The notes under the pieces were generated by a model that saw only the letters and a program-made list of their open reading frames with translations, ran no database searches and was not told the DNA's origin. Position numbers and translations under genes: made by a program. Shown here one piece after another: positions 39,722 through 50,393 of a stretch of 64,000 nt of DNA (position 1 is its first letter; each line of letters opens with the position of its first letter). Source of the stretch: Octopus sinensis (Eukaryota); assembly GCF_006345805.1 (NCBI RefSeq), contig NC_043002.1, forward strand, positions 54,870,001-54,934,000, read 5' to 3'.

Positions 39722-39921
39722 TCGGTTTCAAATTTTTGCACAATGCCATCAATTTTAAGGAATTGGGTAAATTGTGTCTAACTTGTACCTATTTTATCGA
39801 TTCCGAGAAAATGAAAGGCAAAGCCGACCTCGGCGGAATTTGAATTCCGAACGTAAAGACGGACGAAATGCTGCCGAAGCATTTTGCCCGGCGTGCTAAC
39901 GATTCTGCCAACTTGCCACCT
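39722..39921 (-). mobile_element. SINE family B
   Basis: aaaggcaaagccgacctcggcggaatttgaa...ccggcgtgctaacgattctgcca. Confidence 0.9.
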
Positions 39922-40064
39922 TCCTCATCAAATATTAATTTTTAAAAAAATTACTTACAAAACAAATATCAACACTCAAACACGCTACATACAATCTACA
40001 CACACACGCACGCACACACAATACTGATGTAAGTACTTTATTTTTTTTTACAAAAACAGCGCTG

Positions 40065-40102
<38 letters not shown>

Positions 40103-40518
40103 AGTTACGTTGACATTAGCAACCCTCACGACTTGGCTATTTCTGATAAGGCGACCCACAGTATAATGTCATTTGGTACAGAACTTTCAGAGAAAGCAAT
40201 GTATGGAAGGACGCACACACGCACGGATCTATTGGAAGAAAGAGTGAGAGAGAGTTTGTGTGTGGGGGGGGAGGGGGTTATACAACTTCCAAAACTTTGG
40301 AAATTGATTACAGAAGCCAAAATCTTTTCTAAAGTAATTGGAGGCCTTTTGTGGTGATGTTAATGACGTTTCATCGTCCAACAGCATTAGTTGCCCAAGT
40401 TTTATGGTTGCCATTCACAACGGGCTAAGTGGTGGTGGTAGTAGTAGGAAGAGGAGGAGAAGAAGAGAGATTACGCATGAGAAGTCGAAAGACGCACATG
40501 TATATTCTCATCACCTGA

Positions 40519-40637
40519 CACTCCGTCGGTTACGACGACGAGTGTTCCAGCTGGTCCGATCAACGGAACAGCCTGCTCGTGAAATTAACGTGCAAGTGGC
40601 TGAGCACTCCACAGACACGCGTACCCTTTATGTAGTT
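40519..40637 (-). mobile_element. SINE family C, 3' end
   Basis: actccgtcggttacgacgacgag...cacagacacg. Confidence 0.9.
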
Positions 40638-41288
40638 CTTTTTCCTTTTGATTTTTTTTTTTTTTAAATTCTGAGACGCAAGTTGTTTCGTATTCTAGTT
40701 TTTGACATTAGAGCTGACTCACCATAAAGCTTTTATCACTTCAAGAAAGCATAGCGTTCTTTATCATTTTATATAACCATACAGCCTTGGTGATTAAACG
40801 ACGGAATTGATGCAACATTGACCAAGATTATGTTTTTGTAGATTTCCTCTACGTTTTTATGGATTCCAAGTTCGCATCTGGCAGGGCTTGGGTTTACTTT
40901 TCAATTTTTCTGCCTTCAAACACTGATAAAATAACCAGCTGTTAAATTTTGGAATTCCATTCAATAAAAAGTTATCTCTGTCTCCCCCAATGTTATGAGG
41001 TGTACCCATATTGGAATACCTATCTATCTATCTATCCACAAACATATTTATATAGACACACGCATACACGTTTTTTTTTTTTCAAATAATAAACAGTAGA
41101 AGCCACGAAGTAATTCAAGGAGCGAGAGTTTCATGCGTTGGCACTCATCAAACAACGCACGAAAATATCGGTCCTTGAGTGACTCCGTAACTTCAGCTGA
41201 TTATCAAGGAAAAATATATAAATACTCACGTTTTGTGTTCTATTTTCCTGTTTGCATCACTAATCCCCTCCTCTCTCTCTCTCTATAT

Positions 41289-41326
<38 letters not shown>

Positions 41327-41328
41327 CC

Positions 41329-41363
<35 letters not shown>

Positions 41364-42065
41364 CCTTCAACTACTACCGTAGTTGAATAATATTATTCTT
41401 AAGGTCGCAATTTACTCACACGTAGCACTTTTCAGAGATTTGTCGCTAATTAAGTTCATAACCAAATTGAAAGCTGTTAACATTTTTGAAGGGGGCTGGT
41501 CCCTTGCTACATTTTGGCATAACAAATTGAGATTTGATCCAGTAGAGAAAAGTTTACATCAGAATTTGTAGCAATATTATAGACGAGTGAGTAAAGCCAC
41601 CAATCAAGTTTAGATCTAAATAACTTTTTTTATTTTAAGAGCAAAATATATTTATCTTAGCTTCAATGATAGAAGAAAGCATGAAAAATTTGGTAGTTTT
41701 GTTCCCATGCAACAAAAATTTGTATAAAAAAAGTTGTGAGATAAAATATCATAGAAAAAATATTAGGAAGAAAAAAAATTGGATTGAAGTATAATTAACT
41801 TTTTTATATTAAAAACAAACTATATTCTAATTAAGCTTAAATGATAGAGCAATGAAGTTTCAAAAGATAATTTTGTGAGTGTTTGTTTCTCAAATTTGTG
41901 AGTGATAATATAGTTCTATACTCTTTTTTATGAATGTAGTTCTGTATGGGGACTTTTAATATATGTCACGGGCGTCATTGAGGTAAGGGAAAATTATCAA
42001 CGACACCTGTAATTGACACATTTGACACATTATTAATTAGCATAATAGCATAGCCTGGGAAAAAC

Positions 42066-42889
42066 ATGGATTACATGGAAAAATGCGAGCAAGAGAAATA
42101 ATATTCTTTAGATTATAAACCTGGAAAATTACGCTTGGAAAAGTTCAAGACAACTTATTACGTCTGGTAAAGTACAGAACAAGAAAATTCTTTACTTCAA
42201 ATATTGCAGCTCAGGATAAAATTTGAATATCAAAAATTATTTGATTTTAATTTACAAAGTAACATTATAATTAAAAAAGGTACCATTTTATTAAAATATC
42301 GACACTCTAGAATACTTAAAAAATGAGAGCCAGAAGTACTAATATAGCTACCGTTTTATACAAAGTAGAATAGTATATATGGTAGGCAAATTCATTATGT
42401 AAAATATAGGCATTGGGTCAAGACTAAAAATGTGAAGACTTGGCAATAACTCAAGCAAATTTTACTGTGAATTTACTGTAATATATAACTAATTTTGATG
42501 TTATTCTATTTATTGTACTAATTATGTACTACTATTATTTTTTACAACCTATTTTCAAATTTCTAATTACTAAATAATAATTTAAAAAATGAATTTTTTT
42601 GAAGTGCTAAAAATATTTTGAGTTATTTAAAAAATTTTTAATAGCAGTAATAACTTGTAATAAAATTTTTAATTTTAATAAATGAAAATATTTTCTGAAT
42701 CTAAATATTTTATTTGAAATTTTATCCTGAGCTGCAATATTTTAAGTAAAAACTTTCTTGTTCTGTACTTTACCAGATGTAATAACTTGTCCCGAACTTT
42801 TCCAAGCGTAATAACTTGTCCTGTAATTTTCTAGGTTTATAATCGTAGGAATAATTTTTCTCTTGCTCGTATTTTTCCATGTAATGTAT
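42066..42889. mobile_element. Foldback/MITE with ~170-bp terminal inverted repeats and AT-rich core
   Basis: attacatggaaaaatgcgagcaagag...gcagctcaggataaaattt mirrored by aaattttatcctgagctgc...ctcttgctcgtatttttccatgtaat. Confidence 0.85.
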
Positions 42890-42928
42890 GTATGTATATA
42901 TATATGTGTGTATATGTATCTTTATATA

Positions 42929-43207
42929 CAAGCCTAGTACTAATTCTATTGGTCTCCTTTGCCGGACCGCTAATTTACGGGGATGTAAACACACCAACAT
43001 CGGTTGTTAAGCGATGGTGGGGACAACCCCCCCCCACACACACACACACGACAGGCTTCTTTCAGTTTCCGTTTACCAAATATACTCACAAGGCTTTGGT
43101 CGGCCCGAGACTATTGAAGACATTTGCCTAAGGTGTCACGCAGTGGGACTGAACCCGGAACCATGTGGTTGGTAAGCAAGGTACTTACCACACAGCTACT
43201 CCTGTGC
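42929..43207 (-). mobile_element. SINE family A (3'-truncated)
   Basis: Head and body well preserved. Confidence 0.9.
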
Positions 43208-43544
43208 ATATATATAAAAATTGTAATATGTATCACGAAGCCCCAAGGTAATACATAATCCACAAAGACTGTTAACGTTATCCAGAAATATAAATCCAAA
43301 AATTAAACAAGTCAGAGAGATTATTATTCGACAGGAAAACCTTAGATAAATGACTCGTTTAATGGATTTATTTTAGACATTGACCTAAACGTGCTTCTGT
43401 TCTAGAAACGTGTAATGGCCATGGAATAAACCGTGTTATCATTGTTTACAAGTCCTGAATTGTAAGTCAAGAACCGACTTAAAATTAGTCGCTTTAATGA
43501 CTTCAGCTATCTTTCATCTATTTTCTTTATGCTTATTTCTGTCC

Positions 43545-44070
43545 TTAAATTGCGGCTTTGCTGGAGCACCGCCTTAAACTAGCGTAGCTAGGGTGTGGAT
43601 TCGCCCCGGGCGGCATTTTCGAAGGGGCGGCACTTTTGGGTCGGCTGTAGTCAATGTGTTTTTTGTGGGTTCCGGGGGCAGCAAACAGAATGGCTGCCCC
43701 GAGCGGCACACACTCTAGCTACGGTAGTGCCACCTTGCAAGGTTGTAGTCGAATAAATCGACATCAGCACTTCTTTTTCTTTTATGATGGGTACTTATTT
43801 TATCGACCTCTTTTGCCGGCCCGCTAAGTTACGAAGACGTAAACAAACCAACTCTGGTTGTCAGGTGGTGGTGGTAGTGTGGTGGAAAAAACATAAAAGC
43901 TGCACGCACGCACACAGATACACATACACAAGATGGGCTTCCATACAGTTTCTGCTTGCCAGATTCACTCACTCAAGGCTATAGTAGAAGATCCTTATTT
44001 GAGGTGCTGCTCAGAGGAACTGAACCTGAAACCACATAGTTCCAAAGCGAGCTGCTTTACCACACACCCA
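43545..44070 (-). mobile_element. SINE family A, interrupted by a MITE
   Basis: gctggagcaccgcc tail resumes after 43729. Confidence 0.8.
43577..43729. mobile_element. GC-rich hAT-like MITE nested in a SINE
   Basis: TIR aactagcgtagctag / ctagctacggtagtg; degenerate 8-bp TSD ccgcctta / ccaccttg. Confidence 0.75.
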
Positions 44071-44528
44071 TGGCTGCTCTTTTTTCCTTGCCATAATTTC
44101 CGTAATTTAAATTTTTTTACCTTGACTTCATATCTGTTTACTAAACAAAGTACCAGTCATACATTGGTGTTGTTCCACTCCTTTCTTCACTTTAAATTAT
44201 ATATAATACATCAGTCATTCAGTGTCGAGACAAGTCTCGTTTCTTACTGATAACTGTTTTCGATAAAAAAAAAAGTGACATCAAAACTTGAACCAGTAAC
44301 CACCATTTATCTGGCCATCTACTTATTTCATGGGGAACAAATTGCAGCCTTTCTCTTTTCATTCCCCACTCTCTATCTATCTCCAAGTTTCAACCTCTCT
44401 TTCTCTCTCTCCCCGTGTTTCCCCACCTCTCTCAAGAAAGCCCACCCGACTGTGTGACCTTTAATAGAAGTCCTTCATATCAGATAACTATGGCTTTAAG
44501 CTTATGGCGCGGACATCGAGAGAGGAGA

Positions 44529-45462
44529 GGTGGCTGAACACTCCACAGACACGTGTACCCTTAATGTACGAGGGGATGTCAAAAATTATCCGCACTTTCA
44601 TCGCGACATATCTTTATTATTGTCACACTGCCTTCAGCGCATGGTTGGTACTATTGTGGTTACATGACCGAAGTTTGAACCTGGTCGCGCCATTTTTCTT
44701 TCTGGCTTTACAGTGTAAGCATGGCCGCTCCACTAACAATGTGCACCAAAGAAGAACAAAGTGCAATGATCCGATTTCTCTGGAAAATGGGTGTACGATC
44801 AACAGTGCAAGACACAGTGCTTCGCTGTCCAAGAAACTGAAGCCAGCAATTGGCACCAAACGCCAAAGCCTATTGTCGAAGGAAGTTTTGTTGCTGCAAG
44901 ACAATGCTCGCCAACACACGGCCGCCCAGACCGTTGAAACCATTAACCAATTGGGATTTGAGGTACTGGAACACCCTACCTTCAGCCCAGATTTCGGCCC
45001 TTCCGACTATTATACCTTTGAACCGCTCAAAGATGGTTTACGAGGGCGTCGATTTCCTACGGATGATGTGAAGAAAGCGGTGCATAAATGGCTGCACAAC
45101 CAACCGAAAACCGTCTTCTTGGAAGGAATATGCAAGCTTGTCGACCGCTGAGACCAAGTACATCGAAAAGGAAGGAGTCTATACAGAAAAATAACTTGTT
45201 TATCCCTTGCTTTTGGGTAAATACATTGGAAAAACAAGAGCGCGTATAATTTTTCTCTCCCCCTCGTAGTTCTCGGGGAGATTCAGCATGACATACAGAA
45301 TATGACAAGGCTAGCCTCTTGTGAATTACAGGTACAACTCATTTTTGTCAGCTGAGTGGACTGGAGCAAGGTGAAATAAAGTGTCTTGCACAAGGACACA
45401 GCGCGCCACCGGGAATCGAACTCGCGACCCTACGAACGTGAGCCGAATATCCTAGCCACTAA
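44529..45462 (-). mobile_element. SINE family C split by a mariner insertion
   Basis: acgtgtacccttaatg|TA...TA|gttctcggggagattcagc rejoins the family consensus. Confidence 0.9.
44569..45266 (+). mobile_element. Internally deleted mariner (D34D) transposon
   Basis: TIR cgagggg / cccctcg with TA TSD; N-terminus MAAPLTMCTKEEQSAMIRFLW at 44721, then deletion to C-terminal DNAR...SPDFGPSD with exactly 34 residues between the Asp residues. Confidence 0.95.
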
Positions 45463-45819
45463 AACTTTAGTACACAGATTCTATAAACACATCGTTCTCA
45501 GAGATGGAAACTCTTCTTCAAAGGGAAAAGTTTCGCGTTCAAAACCAACTGCACGCGCACACACACACACACACACAAGTATGTGTATTCATTTATATGC
45601 GTTAGAAAATGCCCTCAGAAGACGAGAGAATAGTTCTTCGTCCTAAATCTGGCACAATATAAAGATGATGGTATTTAACTGTGCCAAGCTTCATTGTCCG
45701 GTGTCTGGGTCGTCGCTGGCAATATGTATGAATGGCAGAGCAGTAGACAAAACTAGCCTAGCATCCCTGAGCCGTCAACGGTATGGTATGATGTATGTGA
45801 CCGCGTGTATATCGTTGGC

Positions 45820-45947
45820 GATTTTCTTTCTCTGTCTTCCCTTCTTTGGACTTTCTTTATGTTTCTGACGAAGAGCGTCCAATAACACTTACTTATTCCA
45901 CGTCTTCGCGTAGTTGTGTTTTCTCTTTGTTCATGTTTGGATTAACT

Positions 45948-45948
<1 letters not shown>
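45820..45948 (+). mobile_element. Family H1 element with HHR half deleted
   Basis: gtttctgacgaagagc fused to gtccaataa via gagc microhomology; tail tttggattaac(TA)n. Confidence 0.7.
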
Positions 45949-45982
<34 letters not shown>

Positions 45983-47004
45983 TACACACACGCATACATA
46001 CACCCATACACATACATGCATCCGACACACACATACATACACACTCACACATACATACACACACACACACTCACTCACACACCTGTATGTACGCGCACAC
46101 ACATGCACATACACACACTTCCCCACACCCACACGTACACATACACACTCACACACCATACACACACACACACACACACGGACATACATCTATGCACACA
46201 CATACATACACACATACTCACATACATTCATCGGACACCTGCCACCCAGACATACACACAGACACACTCACACATCCACACACATACATACTTACGCGCA
46301 TACTCGCAGGCACGCGCACATACACACTTGCGCCGGCTCGCGCTGCATACGCGCCGCATACACCTCGCCCTTGGACCTGACGAGACCTCCCGCCTGTTCC
46401 TGGGACCGTCGCGTGTCGTTGGGTTTTCCCACGCCTGTCTCCGCGGTACCACTCTTCCATCTTCCCCTCAGCTGGAGTCCTTTTTCCTTAACCCCCCCCT
46501 TTTTCGTTACACACACGCGCACACATATACACACCTTGCCTATATATATACATCACTCTTACACACATTCAATCTACTCGCCATAATACCACCACGACAC
46601 TGGACACACACACACACACTACTACTCAACACACGCTGGCACGCTACATACGCCCCCACCCCTTCCCCTCCCTCCCTTCCTCCTTCCTTCTTTTTCTTAC
46701 TACTGACCTCCCTTCCTCCTCCTTCTTTTTCTTACTACTGACCTCGTCTGCTAGCTGACCACTCGTCTCGCCCTACCCCACACGCCTACACACAGACGCA
46801 CACACTAACACACACATATTTTTTTGTTTTTTCATCTCGCCTCACACACACACATACACACACGCACACGCACACACTCACACATACACACACATCTGTT
46901 GGGTTACCAACCTTGTCTCCACTCTTTTGCCTTTAAAAACCCACTTTGCTCTTGTTATCGTCAACATCCGCCTTTCACCATGTGCAACTCGTAAACACCA
47001 GTCG

Positions 47005-47187
47005 TCTTTTTTCTCTTTCCCTGTTGCCCGCTCTGGGATCTTTCTTTCCTCTCTTCCTTCTTTATGTTTCCGACGAAGAGCTCCGCTCGAAACGTCATAC
47101 CTCCCTGCTTCCATCTCCTGAGCGCCTATTAATAATAATACTGTAATTGTTCCTGTTGTTGTTGTTTTTTTGTTTCCCTTTTGGATT

Positions 47188-47195
<8 letters not shown>
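47005..47195 (+). mobile_element. Family H1 element
   Basis: Homologous to 8435-8610; tail ttttggattaaaa(TA)n. Confidence 0.75.
47066..47100 (+). ncRNA. Minimal type-I hammerhead ribozyme motif (U4C core variant)
   Basis: GUUU-CCGACGA-A-GAGC(UCC)GCUC-GAAA-CGUC-AUAC. Confidence 0.7.
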
Positions 47196-47224
<29 letters not shown>

Positions 47225-47276
47225 GGATTCTCTTGTCGTGAACGACAAATGAAAGTTCAGTAAAATAAGGCATTTA

Positions 47277-47372
47277 TCATGTTCTGTGGACACGAATGTC
47301 TCTCTTGGGGCCTGCTGGTGCCTTGCAAACCTTTTGGCAAATAGTACAAGTTGAGGACTCAGTTTGCTTGAG
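47277..47372 (-). pseudogene. C2H2-like terminal zinc finger, probably the 3' end of an RTE LINE
   Basis: Minus strand LKQTESSTCTICQKVCKAPAGPKRDIRVHRT*. Confidence 0.5.
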
Positions 47373-47401
47373 TGCTTGTGAATTAAAACATAAAACGGAG
47401 T

Positions 47402-47850
47402 GACCATATTCATAACAGTGAAGTACTTACAAATGCAACGTATCAGGTATTGAAGCCATCCTCATCAAAATACAGCTTAGATGGTCAGGTCATATCTCAC
47501 GTATGAACGATATCAGAATTCCGAAGCAACTTCTCTTTGGCCAATTACCAACAGGAAGGTCAATTGGAAGGCCACTCATGCGCTTCAAAAGACAATCTGA
47601 AACGATGCGACATTTCCTTTTCGTTCTGGTAAAACAAAAAGTATCAGAACGCTGGACCTGGCATCAGTCCTGCTTCTCCTCACTTCAAAAATTTGAACAA
47701 AATCGTCTCCAAACGCCGAGACCAACTTCGTGCAAGCATGAGGGCACGCTGGCACAACGCTGCTCCTCTAAATGGAAACCTTACCTATCATTGTGGTTTT
47801 GTGGCACGAAACAAAGCAGGCCTAGCCATTCACACAAGAAAACAGATCGT
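47402..47850 (+). pseudogene. RTE (BovB-like) LINE ORF C-terminal fragment, frameshifted
   Basis: DHIHNSEVL...GIEAILIKIQLRWSGHISRMNDIRIPKQLLFGQL..GRSIGRP..RFK and terminal CGFVARNKAGLAIH. Confidence 0.85.
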
Positions 47851-48069
47851 AAATTATACATATATATCAAACCCAAGCAGTTTTGTTAATTCGCATCATT
47901 ATCTCCATAGCTTCTCACCCGGATTCCTCTTATAGCCACTTTTTACTGTGCGGAGGTTTTGGAGTGTAAGTTCAAATCGTTTGCGCGCTACTCAGTGATT
48001 TCTATATTGAGAATCATTATATCTCATCCGTTTCACACATGTATGCATGTGTGTGTGTGTGGGGGGGGA

Positions 48070-48420
48070 GGCAGTGGTTAGGGCAGCGGACTCGCAGTTT
48101 CGATTCCCAGACCAGGCATTGTGAGTGTTTATTCAGCGAAAACACCTAAAGCTCCACGAGGCTCCGGCAGGGGGTGGTGGCGAACCCTGCTGTATTCTTT
48201 CGCCGCAACTTTCTCTCACCCTTTCTTCCTGTTTCTGTTGTACCTGTATTTCAAAGGGGCCAGCCTTGTCACACTCTGTGTCACGCTGAATCTCCCCGAG
48301 AACTACGTTAAAGGTACACGTGTCTGTGGAGTACTGAGCCATTTGCACGTTAATTTCATGAGCAGGCTGTTCCGTTGATCGGATCAACTGGAACCCTCGT
48401 CGTCGCAACCGACGGAGTGC
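48070..48420 (+). mobile_element. SINE with tRNA-like head, distinct middle and C-type tail
   Basis: agtggttagggc...ttcgattccc head; tail near-identical to family C. Confidence 0.9.
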
Positions 48421-48433
48421 TACGATGTATGTG

Positions 48434-48465
<32 letters not shown>

Positions 48466-49678
48466 GAGAGAGAGGATGGCCGGATATAACCAATCATGGA
48501 ATATTGTTTCTCGTGGAATATTTTGCATAATTTTCTTCTCAAAAGATGTTTACTAACGTTTGTCTTTTTCTTATAAAACATCTCTCACTCCCCCCCCACT
48601 CCTTCGACTTCCGTCCTCTTCCTATCTGTTATCATCTCTCTTTGACTTCTCCCCTCCTCCTCCTCCTCCTCCTCCTCTTGGCAATTCCTTGTAAAGGAAT
48701 ATTCCGTACTTGAACGAACGAACGAGTAAGAATCCCGAAAACTACATCAGTTGTTCGCTAAACCCTCCCTCCTTTTGTTCATTCCTTCCCACCAAACACA
48801 GGAATCAGTAAATGGCTGTTTGCTGCAGACAACATATTCTTCACTCTACAATTTCATTGGTTCAGCCAATTTTCTGCCAGCCTCCTCCAGTCTTTCATTG
48901 CCATGATGCACAGCATCCTTTCCCGTTGACACACCCAACGCTTTTACTCATTCATTCTCACTCCCACTCTCTTTCTCTCTCTCTCTCTCCCTCCCTCCCT
49001 CTTTATCCTCGGATTATTATTGGGTCTTTCGCTCGTCTATATTTCGTCTGTGTTGTCGCTGTTTAACCCTGAGTCGCGCCTATTAGAGTAAGTAGACGGA
49101 CTAACAATCAAAGGTGTTACAACAGTAATCATCCTGCATTTATTTGCATTCAGACTTAAGTTTATCCTGGATTACGTTATCCAGTGTTTTCTTCTTTGCT
49201 TTAAGAGGCATGTTGCTGCTATTTCTAACACTTCGAGCGACGACGTACAAATCCCTTTGTTTCTTATTTTCTTCCTTACGTTCGTTTGTTTTTAACGTTT
49301 GAAAACTTCTTGTTTGTTTCTTACATTTATTTGTTTGTTTGTGTCTTACATTTGTTTGTTTCTTGCCTTTACTTGTTTCTTATGTTTGTTTTTACGCTCG
49401 TCTGTTTTTCTCTTACGTTTGACTTTTTTTTCTTAACAGTTTTTATATTTACTTTTTCTTTACGTTTGTTCGTCTTTTTGTAACACTCGTTTCTTTTTCT
49501 TTTTTTTTTTCTTTTTTTTTTACGCTCACTTGTTTCAAACTTCCGTTTCATTCTTTCTTCCTGACGCGGTTTCGTTCGTGTTTCTTTCATTCGATCCGGT
49601 TGCATCTTCTGTGTTTTCTTTGAATCATTATTGAGGAACCGAGGTCTGAAAGGATCAAGTACCCATCGTCTCGCAACT

Positions 49679-50102
49679 GGGATCTTTTCAGTTTGAACGG
49701 CAGTTTTTTCTAGCGGTGTCATATGAAATTGTCACCTATAATTATGACCCTAGTATCGATCTATTGCATTTCAATCTGTTTTAGGGTTAGGGTTAGGAGT
49801 GGGGGAAGGGTATCTTTTTTTTTTTCTTCACAAATGTAAATAAACCCAATCTGTTTCTTAAACGAGGGACATATTCATACTGCACAGAATTTTTTTTACC
49901 TCAATGGACGTCATTGATTGGTTGAAATTGCAGAAATTGAAGAAAAAAACAACAACAAATATCTTACAAACTATAGAATTTTCTCAATAAAGCCAAAAGA
50001 AAAAGATGTTTTATAAACACATTCTACCAGTATACGAAGTTTAACATTTTTTAGTTACCTAGAAATTATGTTAAAAACTGCCGTTCAGACCGAAAAGATC
50101 CC
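49679..50102 (+). mobile_element. MITE with 6-bp TSD and internal TTAGGG repeats (copy 2)
   Basis: TIR gggatcttttcagtttgaacggcagttttt / aaaaactgccgttcagaccgaaaagatccc; TSD gcaact 49673-49678 and 50103-50108; ttagggttagggttagg 49781-49797. Confidence 0.95.
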
Positions 50103-50164
50103 GCAACTGTAGAATTGTGCATGTGTAGATGGCTATGGATTTGTCTTCGGGAATTGATGTAAAT

Positions 50165-50393
50165 CAGGGGTCCTCAACCCGTTTTTGCCTGTGATTCCCA
50201 TTCTGCTCCACCCGACCCTCATACCCATTCGATCATTGCAAAACTCTTATTTTTTTATAATTAAATATTATTAAAAATTGTTTAAAAAGGCAAAATAGCT
50301 TGTGTATTGTTGAAGTAAATTGCGCATAAATTTTAACAACAAAAATTTACGCGGGCTCCGAAGGGGTCATGTGGACCCGAGTTGAGAAGCACT
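50165..50393. mobile_element. hAT-like MITE
   Basis: caggggtcctcaacc / gttgagaagcact; similar to 5807-6012. Confidence 0.65.

Noticed and set aside
45914-46741. Longest ORF (275 aa, His/Thr-rich)
   Set aside because: Open only because (CA)-rich low-complexity DNA lacks stop codons
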